This document shows, piece by piece, positions 45,229 to 54,827 of a DNA stretch of 64,000 nt. The first letter of the stretch is position 1. The number at the start of each line of letters is the position of its first letter. The stretch lies in assembly GCA_963796275.1 (NCBI GenBank), contig CAWCKY010000004.1, forward strand, positions 1,120,001 through 1,184,000, given 5' to 3'. This DNA comes from an uncultured Acidobacteriota bacterium. GTDB lineage: Bacteria; Acidobacteriota; Blastocatellia; RBC074. The position numbers were made by a program, and so were the translations under genes. The notes beneath the pieces were generated by a model. That model was not told the DNA's origin. It made no database searches and worked only from the letters and a program-made list of their open reading frames with translations.

Positions 45229-46371
45229 TTACGCCCTCTTGCGAATATCACTCCGCAACCTGCCATTGACCGCATCGATCACTACTTCCGCATTCGTCAC
45301 ACGTTGGAATGTATCGAAAGCGGCGTGCTCGATCGCCGCAATCAATGCTGAATGCAAACCCCGGGCGCCGGTTCCGCGTTTCAAGCTGCGCTCGACGATG
45401 TAGCTAATGGCAGCATCGGTAACGGTCAGATGCAAACCTTCTACTTTGAATTCGCGAACGAACTGCGGCAGGACATTGTCATGCAGTATTCGCCGCAGCG
45501 TCTCAACGGGCAACGGATGGAACCTGACGATGCGCGCGAAGCGGCCCATAAGTTCAGGCAGAAATCCGTATCGTTGAAACATCTCGATCTCTTCCAGGAC
45601 CGGCGACTGGTCGCTTTCCCTGATGCCATCTCGGTCGCGAAAGCCGATCAACTTCGACTCATTCTTGATCAGGTCGTCCATCCCGGAAAATGTCCCGCAA
45701 GCGATGAAGGGAATGTCGCGCGTCGAAAGCGGCGCGCGTTGACTGTAAGCCGAATAGCCGTAATCCATCGGAACCATAATCTCCGTCCCCTCAACGATCT
45801 TGAGCAACTCGCGCTGCACGCCGTATCCCGAAACGTCTTTCGTGGTCCCCTCTCCGGCAAACCGCGAGTTGCTGGTCGACGAGGCAAGCTTGTCGAATTC
45901 GTCGAGGCAGACTATCCCGCACGAGGCTATGAGCAGATTCCCCTCGGCGGCATAAACGAGCCGCGTCAGAATCGTACTGACGTCATCACCGATGTATCCG
46001 CTCTCGGTGAAGCTCGTAATATCTACTATCACCGTGGGCAACTGGAATATCTGCTGGAAAAGCAGTTCGACTAAAAACGTTTTCCCACAACCCGTCGGCC
46101 CGGCCATCAAAGTGTTCTGCTTCGGCGGCAGTTGCCGGCGCGTGTCATTGTTCACATGCAGCCGCTTGAGACGCCGGATGTGCCGATAGGCCATCAACGA
46201 CAAGGCGCGGCGCGGCTCTTCCTGACCTTTGTAGCCCAGTTGCTCCAACCGCTCGGCGATCTCCGGTGGCGCAATTACGGGCAGGACATGGATGAATTCG
46301 CGAAAACTCTCCCGCTCGCGCTCAGAAGTATCGAAAAAGTCCGGATTGTCGTCTTCAGATGAGTAGTTCAT
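45229..46371 (-). CDS. ClpX-like AAA+ ATPase lacking the N-terminal zinc-binding domain
   Basis: GPTGCGKT, pore loop TESGYIG, LDEFDK, DVSGYGVQRELLK, LIGF, PELMGRF, TGARGL. Confidence 0.88.
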   Translation of the reverse strand: MNYSSEDDNPDFFDTSERERESFREFIHVLPVIAPPEIAERLEQLGYKGQEEPRRALSLMAYRHIRRLKRLHVNNDTRRQLPPKQNTLMAGPTGCGKTFLVELLFQQIFQLPTVIVDITSFTESGYIGDDVSTILTRLVYAAEGNLLIASCGIVCLDEFDKLASSTSNSRFAGEGTTKDVSGYGVQRELLKIVEGTEIMVPMDYGYSAYSQRAPLSTRDIPFIACGTFSGMDDLIKNESKLIGFRDRDGIRESDQSPVLEEIEMFQRYGFLPELMGRFARIVRFHPLPVETLRRILHDNVLPQFVREFKVEGLHLTVTDAAISYIVERSLKRGTGARGLHSALIAAIEHAAFDTFQRVTNAEVVIDAVNGRLRSDIRKRA

Positions 46372-46373
46372 CG

Positions 46374-46506
46374 GAATTATGGATAATAATCATAATGGGC
46401 GTAGCGAGTACCCATTATCAGCCATGAATTGAAACTATTCATTATCAATTATCAATTCTCAATTATCCATTATCAACTCTCGATTATCCATTATCAATTC
46501 TCAATT
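46374..46506. repeat. Heptamer tandem repeat (CAATTAT/CCATTAT)n
   Basis: About nine copies at 46436-46506 with a short inverse arm near 46375-46397. Confidence 0.8.
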
Positions 46507-47987
46507 CTTCCCATCCTTCTGATGCTAGCCCGCAAATCTTTCTCCTCGCCGTGTTGTGAATGACAAGAAATGCAGAGTGGGCCGGTGTCCCTGGCGCTCC
46601 CCACAAACCTCAGCGCTCGCTCGGCAAAACCCAGATTAGCATTAAGGGCCTGAGTATCGGCCTGTGTCGCGCGCGTCCCGTGACAGCTGGCGCACGACTC
46701 GCGCACTCCCTGCTTCACGGCATCTCCTTCAAAGCCGGCCGTATGGCAATCGGTGCAAATATTTCGGCCTTGCTGGCGGCCTCCCGTATGGACCAGATGG
46801 AACTGCTCCTTCAGACTGAATTGCGAGGTCGAACCGGGCAAGTCTTTGCGCGACCACTCCGCCTGCGAGATACCGCTCCAGGTCCATTGTCCGTTGTTGA
46901 CCGGATAGCCAAATGTTCCGCCGTGCGGCGTCTTGAGCGGCTTGTTCGTTTCGGGCGATATGAATCCGCTTCCGTCACGATGGCAACCCGTGCATGCGAT
47001 ATTTGCAACGAAGGCCGGCCTGAATTCCTGCCCGTGATGTTCACTATGGCAGTATGTGCAGGTCAATCCAACTTTCAGATGAATGTCGGAAACATCGGAC
47101 TTAAATGCCGTCGTCTGGTGACAGGTAGCGCAATTCTGGTTCAGCGAAGAGGTGAGCCCATGGCATTGCGTACAGGAATTGCCATTTGCTGTCTTCGCTA
47201 TCGCTGGCATCATGGATAGATCGGCGCGCAGATGCGGGTTCGACAGCGTCCCCGGCGAATATACGTTCTTGAAGGCGAATGTCGCGCTCACGGCGAACAC
47301 AGTCACTATCAGCGTCCCCCAGACGAAGAGCGATCCGGGCCAGGGACGCAGCAGATCGAGCGTCGGAAACCAGTTGAATTGGGCTTTGCCCAATCCCGCT
47401 TTCCCCGAAGGTCTGAGAGGCGAATCGCTCGTTAATTTGCCCGCCTCGCGCATACGCTTATCCCAGAAGACCTTGAGAGACTGCGCCTCGCCCGGGTTGA
47501 GCAGGCCCGTGAGCATTCCCGTTCCGGCTAGACGCCGCGTCCCTTTCGGCGTGGTCTTCTCGCGCTGCAATTTCGCAAGCTGGCTGAGGTCGAGCCTGAT
47601 CGTCCGCCTGTCCTCATTCGGAATCTGAAGCTGGCTCAGTGTCGAAGACTCAATGGGCAAAGGTTTGACGCTCATCTCCACGTCGATCTGCAAACCCTCG
47701 CTCGTATATTTCGGGTATAGAAAAAATGGCCCCACCTGAATCAAATCGCCATCCGCCAGCGGCGTCTGTTCTATCAACTCGCCATTGAGCAAAGTGCCGT
47801 TGGCTTCCGACAGATTGAATATCCAATAATCGCCATTTATCTCTTTAACACCCGCATGCGTCCGGGACACGGTCGGATGATTGAGCGCCAAGTCGTTGCC
47901 GGTCAACCGGCCGATAGTTAAGCCCTCGCTCTCGATCTCTACCGGATCTAGGTTGATGTCTTTTCGATTGACGAGAAAATTGCTCAT
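46494..47987 (-). CDS. FHA domain - TM helix - heptaheme cytochrome c
   Basis: FHA motifs IGR, VSRTHA, NGT; one TM helix; seven CxxCH motifs (CTQCH, CATCH, CTYCH, CTGCH, CTDCH, CASCH, CISCH). Confidence 0.9.
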   Translation of the reverse strand: MSNFLVNRKDINLDPVEIESEGLTIGRLTGNDLALNHPTVSRTHAGVKEINGDYWIFNLSEANGTLLNGELIEQTPLADGDLIQVGPFFLYPKYTSEGLQIDVEMSVKPLPIESSTLSQLQIPNEDRRTIRLDLSQLAKLQREKTTPKGTRRLAGTGMLTGLLNPGEAQSLKVFWDKRMREAGKLTSDSPLRPSGKAGLGKAQFNWFPTLDLLRPWPGSLFVWGTLIVTVFAVSATFAFKNVYSPGTLSNPHLRADLSMMPAIAKTANGNSCTQCHGLTSSLNQNCATCHQTTAFKSDVSDIHLKVGLTCTYCHSEHHGQEFRPAFVANIACTGCHRDGSGFISPETNKPLKTPHGGTFGYPVNNGQWTWSGISQAEWSRKDLPGSTSQFSLKEQFHLVHTGGRQQGRNICTDCHTAGFEGDAVKQGVRESCASCHGTRATQADTQALNANLGFAERALRFVGSARDTGPLCISCHSQHGEEKDLRASIRRMGRIEN

Positions 47988-47990
47988 ATA

Positions 47991-50453
47991 TCAATTCGCC
48001 AAGAAATAGATGACCTGTATTAAATGAACGATCATCAAGGCCAGCATTATCGATGTGAAAACTACGTGCGGCGCAAGCCAAAGTTTAAGCGACTGATGCA
48101 GATAGATCAGCGCATCGACGCGCCGCATGGTCGCAGCCTTCTCGATCGCGCTGAAAAGGTTCCCTCGTTCGTAGGGCGAGAGGGTCTCGACTTCCTGCTC
48201 GAACTTCTGATTGGTTTCCAAGATCAATTGGTCGAGCGTCTCACGCTTAAAGTATTGGCGAAAGAGGAAGCCGAACGAGAAGAGACGCGGAAGCACCTGT
48301 TGTTGTATGAATACCCGCGCGTCCGGAGTTGCCGCAGCCATCGCCTCGCCCAGTTCGCTACTCAACTCATCGCGGCGCTTCATCAAATCTTCGATCAGCA
48401 GCGGCTGTCCCTCGATCTTGGTCAGCAACCTCGGAGCGAAATAGTAGAGCAGAATGCCCAGCAGACCGGTCAACACAACCAGATCGAACGAGATCATGAG
48501 CGAAGTCGTCAGTACCCCTCCTGATTCGGTTCCCCCGTGGAGCAGGAGAGTGATGCCTCCGATCACACCCAGGTAGCCGTGCGATAGCAGCCAGTAACGC
48601 AGCGGTCCGGCCCGCCGTTTGTAAATCTGCCTCCGAACCGGATATGCCATGACTCCGGCGACCCCGATTAAACCAACGATACCCGTCAGCCAGCGCATAT
48701 CGAACCACGTGCCGATGAACGGGGACTCGAGACCATAGTTCACCAAACCAAGCGCCGTCAGCGCGGTCATGATCAGCGTCAGCGCGATCCCGACGACGTG
48801 CATAACGCGCTTCCCGAAATCCTTGTGCGAGCTATGCTTGAGGATCGCGTGCGTCGAATCCCTGAAGATTACGCCTTCGATATTTTTTATCTCGGCGAAA
48901 TAGACGCGCGGATCGACGCGGAGCAATGACCCGGTCGGGCAATTTTCCTCACAGCTGTAAGCCTGTCGCTTCGCTCCCAGCGGATTGATCGCCTTGCCCG
49001 CGCAGAGATTGCACTTAACGGCCAGGAGATCTTCGGTCTGCTCTACCGCGGGCGGCACCTTCTCGGGCGCGATCCCAAACCACTTTTGCCAGCGGGTCTT
49101 CCCGTTCACGCCATTGGTGCGCGCCGGAACCATTGAGATGGCATTATACGGACATTGGGTGGCGCAATCGGCACAGCCGATACAGGTGGCCGGATCTATG
49201 TCGACCTGTCCATCGGAGAAACGGCCGATGGAGCCAGTCGGGCAACCGGTCAGACACTCCGGATCTTTGCAATGCAAACAGACGGCGGGTGCCAGGAGGC
49301 TCTGGAACGCGGCCTTCTGCTTGAGCGCGAATGGCCGTGTGATGTGTATCCCCTCACGCAGCAGACGGGATTGCCCATGAATCTCGTGACACGCCAGAGA
49401 ACAATTGCCGCAGCGGATGCACAAATCCATATCCATCACGAGCAGATTGGTGGCATCGACCAATCCCGTCTCGATCAAGTCTTCCTGCGATTTCGCGATC
49501 GGCAGCGGCTGTCTCCTCTGCGAGATGTCGCGCGGTGCGATGTTCGAAAAAGCGAGCAATAAGGTCTCGCGCAGTTCCGGAGACTGCCGCAGCTTCGAGA
49601 TCGAAATCTCCAGGACCTCGGTGCGGCCGAGCAGCGTACAGGTTTGATCCCATTCGCCTGAATGCGTGATCGCTTCGATTCCGAAGCAATGCGACGGCCC
49701 GACGTAAGTTGATCCCGCCTTGACGTTCCAGTTGCGCGTCTCACCATCCGTTATCTCTTCGGATGTCGAGATATTTGTGAGCTGCATCGGCGGCGTGAGG
49801 CGGGCCCATCCGGATTTGATCAGATAGAGCCTTCGAATCGACTCGCCGGCGCGGAAAAGGACGTGATTTTTCGCATAGACGCGGAATTGCGAAATAGCCT
49901 CGAGTTGAGAGATCGCCTCATCGCTCAGTTGCGTGGTGGACTTGATATCCTGCACCGTTGCGGAACGGCCGTTGCGGCGGTAAGCCGAATCGAGGGCTTC
50001 GCCGAACTTTGGGAGCTTGCGGAGCAATCGCAAAGCCGGCCTTTGCAACTCCAACACCTGTACCGGCTGGTCGGCGGGCGCCATCACCGTCGCCGCACGC
50101 GGGACCCCCGCCAGAACCGACATCTCGCCGAACTGCATTCCCACCGGAATCTCCGAGACTTTCGTCATCCTTCCGGCATCGCGGATCATCACATCCGCTT
50201 TGCCCGAGACAACTATGTAAAAACTGTTGCCGCCCCAATCCCCTTCCCGCACTATCTCCTCACCCGGACCGTAGGTCAGCAAACGCACATAGGGACCTAC
50301 TTTCTTCCCATTGTAATTGCGGCCGTATACGATTACCTCCAGATCGAGCTCGTACTCATAATGTCCTTCAAGCTTTGCCGTCAAATCGGCTATTGCTCCT
50401 ACGCTTTCAATCGCTGCTAACACCTCGCGATGCTTGATGGTTTCTTGTGGCAT
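47991..50453 (-). CDS. Two cNMP-binding domains + 4x[4Fe-4S] + four-TM putative di-heme-b domain
   Basis: FGEMSVLAGVPRAATV; CIRCGNCSLAC, CLHCKDPECLTGCP, CIGCADCATQCP, KCNLC...CEENCP; two TM H-x13-H pairs. Confidence 0.88.
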   Translation of the reverse strand: MPQETIKHREVLAAIESVGAIADLTAKLEGHYEYELDLEVIVYGRNYNGKKVGPYVRLLTYGPGEEIVREGDWGGNSFYIVVSGKADVMIRDAGRMTKVSEIPVGMQFGEMSVLAGVPRAATVMAPADQPVQVLELQRPALRLLRKLPKFGEALDSAYRRNGRSATVQDIKSTTQLSDEAISQLEAISQFRVYAKNHVLFRAGESIRRLYLIKSGWARLTPPMQLTNISTSEEITDGETRNWNVKAGSTYVGPSHCFGIEAITHSGEWDQTCTLLGRTEVLEISISKLRQSPELRETLLLAFSNIAPRDISQRRQPLPIAKSQEDLIETGLVDATNLLVMDMDLCIRCGNCSLACHEIHGQSRLLREGIHITRPFALKQKAAFQSLLAPAVCLHCKDPECLTGCPTGSIGRFSDGQVDIDPATCIGCADCATQCPYNAISMVPARTNGVNGKTRWQKWFGIAPEKVPPAVEQTEDLLAVKCNLCAGKAINPLGAKRQAYSCEENCPTGSLLRVDPRVYFAEIKNIEGVIFRDSTHAILKHSSHKDFGKRVMHVVGIALTLIMTALTALGLVNYGLESPFIGTWFDMRWLTGIVGLIGVAGVMAYPVRRQIYKRRAGPLRYWLLSHGYLGVIGGITLLLHGGTESGGVLTTSLMISFDLVVLTGLLGILLYYFAPRLLTKIEGQPLLIEDLMKRRDELSSELGEAMAAATPDARVFIQQQVLPRLFSFGFLFRQYFKRETLDQLILETNQKFEQEVETLSPYERGNLFSAIEKAATMRRVDALIYLHQSLKLWLAPHVVFTSIMLALMIVHLIQVIYFLAN

Positions 50454-50727
50454 AGTATTTTCAGTGTTTCAATATAAAAACAATATTTAATCCGTTTTTT
50501 TAGGATTTCTAAGGGAGAACGACCGATGATGATAGCTCATTTTTAGTGCCTCGAGGGGAGTTAGTCAATGGATATTTCGGGCTTTTTGATTTCCATTAGC
50601 GGATATCATAACCCGAATTTTCATAAACATCCTTTATATAGACTAATCTTATACAAGAGGCGGTGAGGGATTTAATTCAATTGTGTAAATGGGGCTAACA
50701 ACAAAGGGCACACGTGCCAAAGGGGGC

Positions 50728-50833
50728 ATTTATCATTGTTTAGTTGTCATTTTTACATCTTACATTTGTCACTGACTCGCACGATGGGCAACGAAATGAC
50801 AACTGTAAAATGATAAATGTAAAATGATAAATT
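50728..50833. repeat. Heptamer inverted repeat (TCATTTT-like)...(AAATGAT/AAATGTA)n
   Basis: Seen directly. Confidence 0.7.
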
Positions 50834-50884
50834 CCAGAATAACCACTATTCTATATTATTAATCTTTTTGCTTCCCGCCTCTGA

Positions 50885-52249
50885 CTACCTACTCATAAAA
50901 AGTTCCCGATCGAACTGGTTCGGATTTCCGATTGCGGCGAAATGAAAATTCTGGAGGTAGGTACTGCTGACGCGTTGTACATCCTCTGGCTTGACCTTGC
51001 TCAGGTCATCGATCCAGGTCTGCAAGCGTCGCCAGCCGCCTCCCAGAAGTTCGTACTCCGCCAGCCGTGCGGCCTGTGCATCATTTGTCTCAAGTTTGGA
51101 GTAATAAGAAGTCAGCATACCGCCGATCAAAGAGCGCAGTCCATCTTCGCGCAGCACGTTGCGCTGCAGGAAATCGATCTGATCGAACATCACGCGGATC
51201 GTTTCGTTCGGTTTGGGAGTGGTCACAACCAGAAAACCCGAATTGGCTCCGTTCGACAACAACGTCGCGTCCGCCGTGTATGTTAAATTGCGTTTTACTC
51301 TCACCTCCTGAAAGAAGAGCTGCCCGAGAATATTGACTGCGACATAAAAGGCCGGGTAGTCCGGGTGATCGAGCGGAGGAGCCGCAAATGTTCCCCGAAT
51401 GTAATTGGTCGCCACGCCCTTCTCGACCACCTGAAACTCGGAGTTGGCCGCATTTTCGAAACGCGGCGGAGCAACCGGTTCATAATCGCCTTTGCTCAGT
51501 TTGCCGAAAACGGCCTCGACTTTCTGCTTTATTTCTTCGAGCGTGAAATTGCCGACTACTACCACTGTCATCCGGGAAGTCTGCAGCAGCTTGGCGTGAT
51601 GAGCCTTCAGATCCGCGACCCCCAGGCTGCGCACCGACTCGATTGTCCCGTCGGGCGAGTTGATGTAGGGGTGCGATTTGTAGAGCAGATTGGTGCTGAT
51701 CCGCGCGACCTGTGACTCCGGAACATCGTTCTCTTGCCGTAACCCATTGACGATTTGGTCCTTCACCAGCGCGAGCTCTTTCTCCTCGAAGAGCGGGTTG
51801 AGGACAATGTCAGAGAGTATCTGCCAGGATCGGTCGAAATTCTGCCGCACGCATTTCATTGCGACGACACTGTAATCGTAACTGCCGGCCGCATCGACCA
51901 CGGTACCCAGGCGCGCGAGCTCGCGGTTGATCTGGCTCTTCGAAAAGCTCTTCGTCCCCTGCTGAGCTACCTCGAACAACAATGACTCGATGCCCGCATT
52001 CTTTTCGTTAATATTGCGCGATCCCCCACGGAAATAAATTTGTACAGCCACCACCTCGTTTCCCTGGACACGGCGATGGATAATCCTGAGACCGTTGGAT
52101 GTTATGAAATCAGATGTCGAATCGGTCGCACCCGATTGCGCCGTGACCCCGGCGAAGGCGCTTATGCAGCAAAGCACCGCTATTGTAAAAGTCCGGACGA
52201 CCCTGCGCCCTAATAATTTGATTTCTAGGTTTTCGATATTAATCATCAT
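50885..52249 (-). CDS. M16-family peptidase, non-catalytic subunit
   Basis: Pitrilysin fold; HxxEH replaced by SLLFE; EVRVKRNLTY motif. Confidence 0.88.
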   Translation of the reverse strand: MMINIENLEIKLLGRRVVRTFTIAVLCCISAFAGVTAQSGATDSTSDFITSNGLRIIHRRVQGNEVVAVQIYFRGGSRNINEKNAGIESLLFEVAQQGTKSFSKSQINRELARLGTVVDAAGSYDYSVVAMKCVRQNFDRSWQILSDIVLNPLFEEKELALVKDQIVNGLRQENDVPESQVARISTNLLYKSHPYINSPDGTIESVRSLGVADLKAHHAKLLQTSRMTVVVVGNFTLEEIKQKVEAVFGKLSKGDYEPVAPPRFENAANSEFQVVEKGVATNYIRGTFAAPPLDHPDYPAFYVAVNILGQLFFQEVRVKRNLTYTADATLLSNGANSGFLVVTTPKPNETIRVMFDQIDFLQRNVLREDGLRSLIGGMLTSYYSKLETNDAQAARLAEYELLGGGWRRLQTWIDDLSKVKPEDVQRVSSTYLQNFHFAAIGNPNQFDRELFMSR

Positions 52250-53763
52250 TGATTTGTCTTTCTCTTTATCTGCCGGTTTGGCGCCGCTTTCCCGCTCTTC
52301 TCTTTCGTTTCTCTCGCTTCGGACTTACCAGCTTCGACGGTGCTTTCCCCCGCCTTCTTCTCAGAAGCGGGAGACTCTCTCACTATCAGGTCCTGCGTCG
52401 TTAAATTTATCTTCTTCTGGTCAGCCTCCGAGATGAGAACGCCCACGACCCGCGGCTTGTTCTTGATGTATTTATCGACATAGCGCTTGATGTCGGCCCG
52501 CGTCACTTTGCGGAGGTTCTCGACGTAATTCGCGTAGTAACCGAGCCCCGAACTCGCCCACCAGAAGCTGACAGTATGAGCATACTCGGAGGGCTTCTCG
52601 CGACCATAAACCTCGTTTACGTCGAGCAGCGTCTTCGCGCTTTCAAGTTCCTCGTCAGTGAAATAATCGGGCGAGTCGAACTGGGCGATCTGCGCATTGA
52701 CCGCTTTGAGCGCATCTTTGAGCTTTTCGGGGGTCGTCTGCGCCAGCAGCGAAATGGGTCCGACGTTGAGCTGGGTATAGTAGTTGAAAGACGTTCCGGT
52801 TGTCAGCCCCGTATCGATCAGCTCGCGTGAGAATTTTGAATTCGGCTGCCGCAGAATGAACGAGAAAACGTCCGCCGCATAGGTCGCCGGAGCGTCCGTG
52901 TCAGTCGAGGGGCCGTGGTAAGACAGTTGAATGGTCGCCGCATTGACCGCCTGATTGATGATCACAAATTCATCTTTCTGGAGCGCCGGATGTTTGGGAA
53001 CCGGATATTTCACGAATGGGTCGTCGCCCCGCGCCCATTCATTGAATAGCTCAGCGGCGAGTTTGAAGATCTCCTGAGCATTGACATCGCCGGCCACTAC
53101 CAGAGCGGAGTTGTTCGGGATGTAATACTTCTGCTGAATCGTCCGCATCATCTCGGGAGTAGCGGTAGAGACCGTTTCGGGATTCCCCCCCTGATTTTTG
53201 CGCGATGGGTATTTGTACCAGAGCTGTCTATCCACCCCGTTGATCAAATAGAAGAATGGATTGGACCGATGCTGCGCCAGCTCATCGAGGACGACCTGGA
53301 TCTCCTGGTCAAGCTCGCGCTTGTCGAATAGCGGATAGCGGATCGCATCGCGCATGAGGACCATCGCCTCACGGGTTCCGGTTTTGACCGTGGTCGTATA
53401 GTAATTGACCACCTCTTCGCGCGTCGTGGCGTTCTGCAACATGCCGAGCTCCGCCGGCCGGTCGTGATACCCTTCCGCCCGTGAACGCTCATTCGATTTG
53501 AAAAACATGTGCTCATAGAGATGCGAGAGTCCGTTAAATTCCGGCGTCTCAGTATATGCGCCGTTTTTAACGGCGATCTCAACCGTCACGAGCGGTACCG
53601 AGCGGTTTTCGATGACGATCACCTGCAACCCGTTCTTGAGCGTGATCATCTGCCACTGCGGTTTACCATTGACCGTGACGAAGGCGAGCAGCGATAAAAA
53701 TATTGCTGTCGCAAATCCTGCGGCGGCTCGCCGATATTTGATGTTCACGATTAGTATCTCCAA
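52246..53763 (-). CDS. M16-family zinc peptidase, catalytic subunit
   Basis: GLSHLYEHMFF, YYIPNNSALVVAGD; overlaps its partner gene. Confidence 0.92.
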   Translation of the reverse strand: MEILIVNIKYRRAAAGFATAIFLSLLAFVTVNGKPQWQMITLKNGLQVIVIENRSVPLVTVEIAVKNGAYTETPEFNGLSHLYEHMFFKSNERSRAEGYHDRPAELGMLQNATTREEVVNYYTTTVKTGTREAMVLMRDAIRYPLFDKRELDQEIQVVLDELAQHRSNPFFYLINGVDRQLWYKYPSRKNQGGNPETVSTATPEMMRTIQQKYYIPNNSALVVAGDVNAQEIFKLAAELFNEWARGDDPFVKYPVPKHPALQKDEFVIINQAVNAATIQLSYHGPSTDTDAPATYAADVFSFILRQPNSKFSRELIDTGLTTGTSFNYYTQLNVGPISLLAQTTPEKLKDALKAVNAQIAQFDSPDYFTDEELESAKTLLDVNEVYGREKPSEYAHTVSFWWASSGLGYYANYVENLRKVTRADIKRYVDKYIKNKPRVVGVLISEADQKKINLTTQDLIVRESPASEKKAGESTVEAGKSEARETKEKSGKAAPNRQIKRKTNQ

Positions 53764-53764
53764 T

Positions 53765-53849
53765 CAGTTGGGAATTGATTGTTAACAGTTGATAGTTCGT
53801 AAACACTCCGGCAACAACAAAACGAACTACCAACTATCAACTGTTAACT
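53765..53849. repeat. Heptamer inverted repeat (AGTTGAT)n...(ATCAACT)n
   Basis: Seen directly. Confidence 0.75.
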
Positions 53850-53855
53850 CCCGGA

Positions 53856-54644
53856 TTACTTCCAAAATGCAAACCAGCTCTTCTTATTCCTGCGTCCCGC
53901 GAGGGCGTCGAGGTCTGGGTCCGGCTGGAACGGGATCGCGCGATCATTGATCAAAGCCAGCGGATTATCCTCTACCATGGCGCGCGCATAATCCGCGCCT
54001 CCCCAGTTCGCCGCGATCCGGACCGCGGGCGATAGCAGTGGCCTCCGGCGATCTTGGTGATGCGCGTCGGTGGCGATGAAGTGTGCGAGCCCGGCTTCGA
54101 CGATCCGCTTCGCCGTTTGATACGGATCAGGTCCGAAGCTCTTGGTCAAACTCCCTGCATCGAGCTGTGAGAAGGCTCCGCGTTCAACCAGGTCGGCGAT
54201 GATCCGGGGGTCCTCTTGAATGCGTTTGTTTCGCTCCGGGTGCGCGATTACCGGCGTAATTCCGGCACTGAGTATCTGAAAAATCGTCATTTCGATATTG
54301 GGCGGGATAGATTGAAACGGAAATTCGAGCAGCATGTAAGATGTGCCGTTGAGTTTGATGCGGGTTTCCGGATCATCGGTCTCCTGAAAAATTTCGTAAC
54401 TGTATCGAACCTCCGCTCCCGGCACTATCTTGACGCATCCACCGCACGCATTCATCACCGCTTCGATCCTGGCGCGAATCGACTCTTTATCCGGCGTCTG
54501 ATGTACACCGTCAAACATATGAGGCGTCGCGATGATCGTCTCGATTCCGTCCGCCGCCGCGACACGAGCCATCTCCACCGACTCCTCCAGGGAGCCCGCA
54601 CCATCATCGGTTTCAGGTAGGATATGGCAGTGAATATCGACCAT
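53856..54644 (-). CDS. CpsB/CapC-family (PHP) protein-tyrosine phosphatase
   Basis: DIHCHILPETDDG, ATPH, IAHPERN, ATDAH. Confidence 0.92.
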   Translation of the reverse strand: MVDIHCHILPETDDGAGSLEESVEMARVAAADGIETIIATPHMFDGVHQTPDKESIRARIEAVMNACGGCVKIVPGAEVRYSYEIFQETDDPETRIKLNGTSYMLLEFPFQSIPPNIEMTIFQILSAGITPVIAHPERNKRIQEDPRIIADLVERGAFSQLDAGSLTKSFGPDPYQTAKRIVEAGLAHFIATDAHHQDRRRPLLSPAVRIAANWGGADYARAMVEDNPLALINDRAIPFQPDPDLDALAGRRNKKSWFAFWK

Positions 54645-54827
54645 GAATGGCCATTATCGATGATTGCGTATATCCGTTCAAGGCGCTTATCCGCGGAACG
54701 ATCGGGTATACATCAAAAAACCCCATTACGAATCTACAACTTAATACAAAGACAATCCGATCGCTGAATTGGCCACCGATGCGAGATTGATGTGCGGCGG
54801 CTTCGTCCCCCGCCTCATAAGTTTGGT

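Noticed and set aside
50454-50884. CRP box upstream of the cNMP redox operon
   Set aside because: No TGTGA-N6-TCACA-like site was found, so a direct link to the Crp gene is unsupported.
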